From Haliotis rufescens (Eukaryota): a DNA stretch of 64,000 nucleotides. The stretch lies in contig NW_025963779.1 in assembly GCF_023055435.1 (NCBI RefSeq), positions 21,452,001-21,516,000 on the forward strand. Direction: 5' to 3'. The position numbers were made by a program, and so were the translations under genes. Under the pieces are notes generated by a model that saw only the letters and a program-made list of their open reading frames with translations, was not told the origin of the DNA and ran no database searches. The stretch's first letter is position 1. Every line of letters begins with the position of its first letter. Positions 62,927 through 64,000 of the stretch are shown in pieces.

Positions 62927-63152
62927 ACGCCGCTTTGAACAGTATTGCAGTAATATAAACCGCGTGAAAGCTTGATGTGGGAGGAAAGCCGGAAGTCATA
63001 GACGTTTAGCACTTTGGTGAAGCTCACGGGTACGGTATGGTGCTCACAAACCTAGTAAACTAAAACGAACAGGGATTTGAACCACCAATCATCTGCAACT
63101 CTGTACAGCGAAACAGGTACACGCTTTAACCACAAGGCTACACCACCGCGCC
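62927..63152 (-). mobile_element. Degraded tRNA-SINE (family C-like) directly abutting the family D copy
   Basis: GTGGGAGGAAAGCC and CAACTCTGTACAGCG motifs, with a tRNA-like head (rc GGTGGTGTAGCCTTGTGGTTAAAGCG). Confidence 0.6.
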
Positions 63153-63342
63153 AAATAACAAACAAAACATTGACCGCTCGCCTATAAATGAGTACTCGTA
63201 GGAGCAGCGCAAGATCTGATTGTTGTCGCCATGCATAGGTACTACAACCCCATGCGGAATATCTCGGTTAACTTCGACTGACGCTTCTACGGACATTGAC
63301 GTTCGCTTCGTCTTCTCAGCCCCGGCTGCATGTCTATGGCTT

Positions 63343-64000
63343 AGGGCTCAGTCACACATTCCAGATTTTTACTGCCGTCCTTGATTGACCATTCCCGATT
63401 AAAATTTGTCAAAAGTTTGATCAAGATCCTGTGATTTGTGGCGGGAAATTCACAAACAATCAGATATTGTTCAGGAACCGTCCCGATTCAGCCGTTTCCA
63501 GCCCAATTCTTCCCGAATCTACCGTTCTCAAACCGAATCTGATCCGATTTATATCTTCCGTATGGAAAAAACCGACCGAATCCCGACGGCGTCCCGATTC
63601 TCCCGAATGCGATCCGACAGAGATCCGACAGTGACCGGACAGTGAACCGACAAAGACGGTTCGCATTCGGCAAGATCTGGACGCAATCTGGACTAAATCG
63701 ACAAGAAACGGCAATGAACAATTTATGCCCGTTCATCACGACAGCGTCCCGATCCACAGAACACCTTCCAGACAACACAGGACATTGTTACGATTTTGAT
63801 CCGATACAGCAGAATCTGTCACGACATAGTCACGATTGTAATCCGACTAGACAAAATCGGCTGAGTTTCCCGAATGTTACGGGACGCACCATTCAGTCTG
63901 GAGTCCTTGGCCGAGCTCTCTGGACCTTTCCCGACCCGTAGGACTCTGATAAGAACGTATACGACTGCGTTCAGACAATGATAGGACATTCCAGATCATT
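63343..64000. mobile_element. Possible non-autonomous DNA transposon (Harbinger-like terminus), cut by the window edge
   Basis: Begins TTA|GGGCTCAGTCACAC, followed by a sub-terminal region rich in CCGAT/CCCGA motifs. The other end is not visible. Confidence 0.3.

Overview
Eukaryotic, intron-containing, repeat-rich DNA. The SINE repertoire suggests a gastropod mollusc, probably abalone-like (inference only). There is one 225-nt N gap. About a third of the window is tandem minisatellite arrays (units of roughly 20-68 bp), and these produce almost all the long ORFs in the ORF track, which are not credible genes. Four dispersed retroposon families occur in many copies, several with target-site duplications (TSDs). 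DNA-transposon remnants include a decayed Tc1/mariner transposase. Two genes can be assembled by hand. (1) A four-exon calmodulin-like gene on the minus strand (CDS 52882-52822, 49195-49052, 46991-46722, 42764-42652; 195 aa) has four canonical EF-hand loops, a 9-residue longer central linker, an N-terminal RVRF (PP1-docking-like) motif and a C-terminal tail ending KKKK. It sits behind a TATA box with two CRE-like sites. (2) A compact two-exon gene for a small Cys-containing secreted peptide lies on the plus strand (709-811, 1203-1258) and is missed by the ORF track. The most unusual observations are a headless retroposon family whose copies share one 5' end and a predicted pseudoknotted RNA (ribozyme candidate), and one copy of that family in which an internal 22-bp duplication has expanded into a roughly 60-unit minisatellite.
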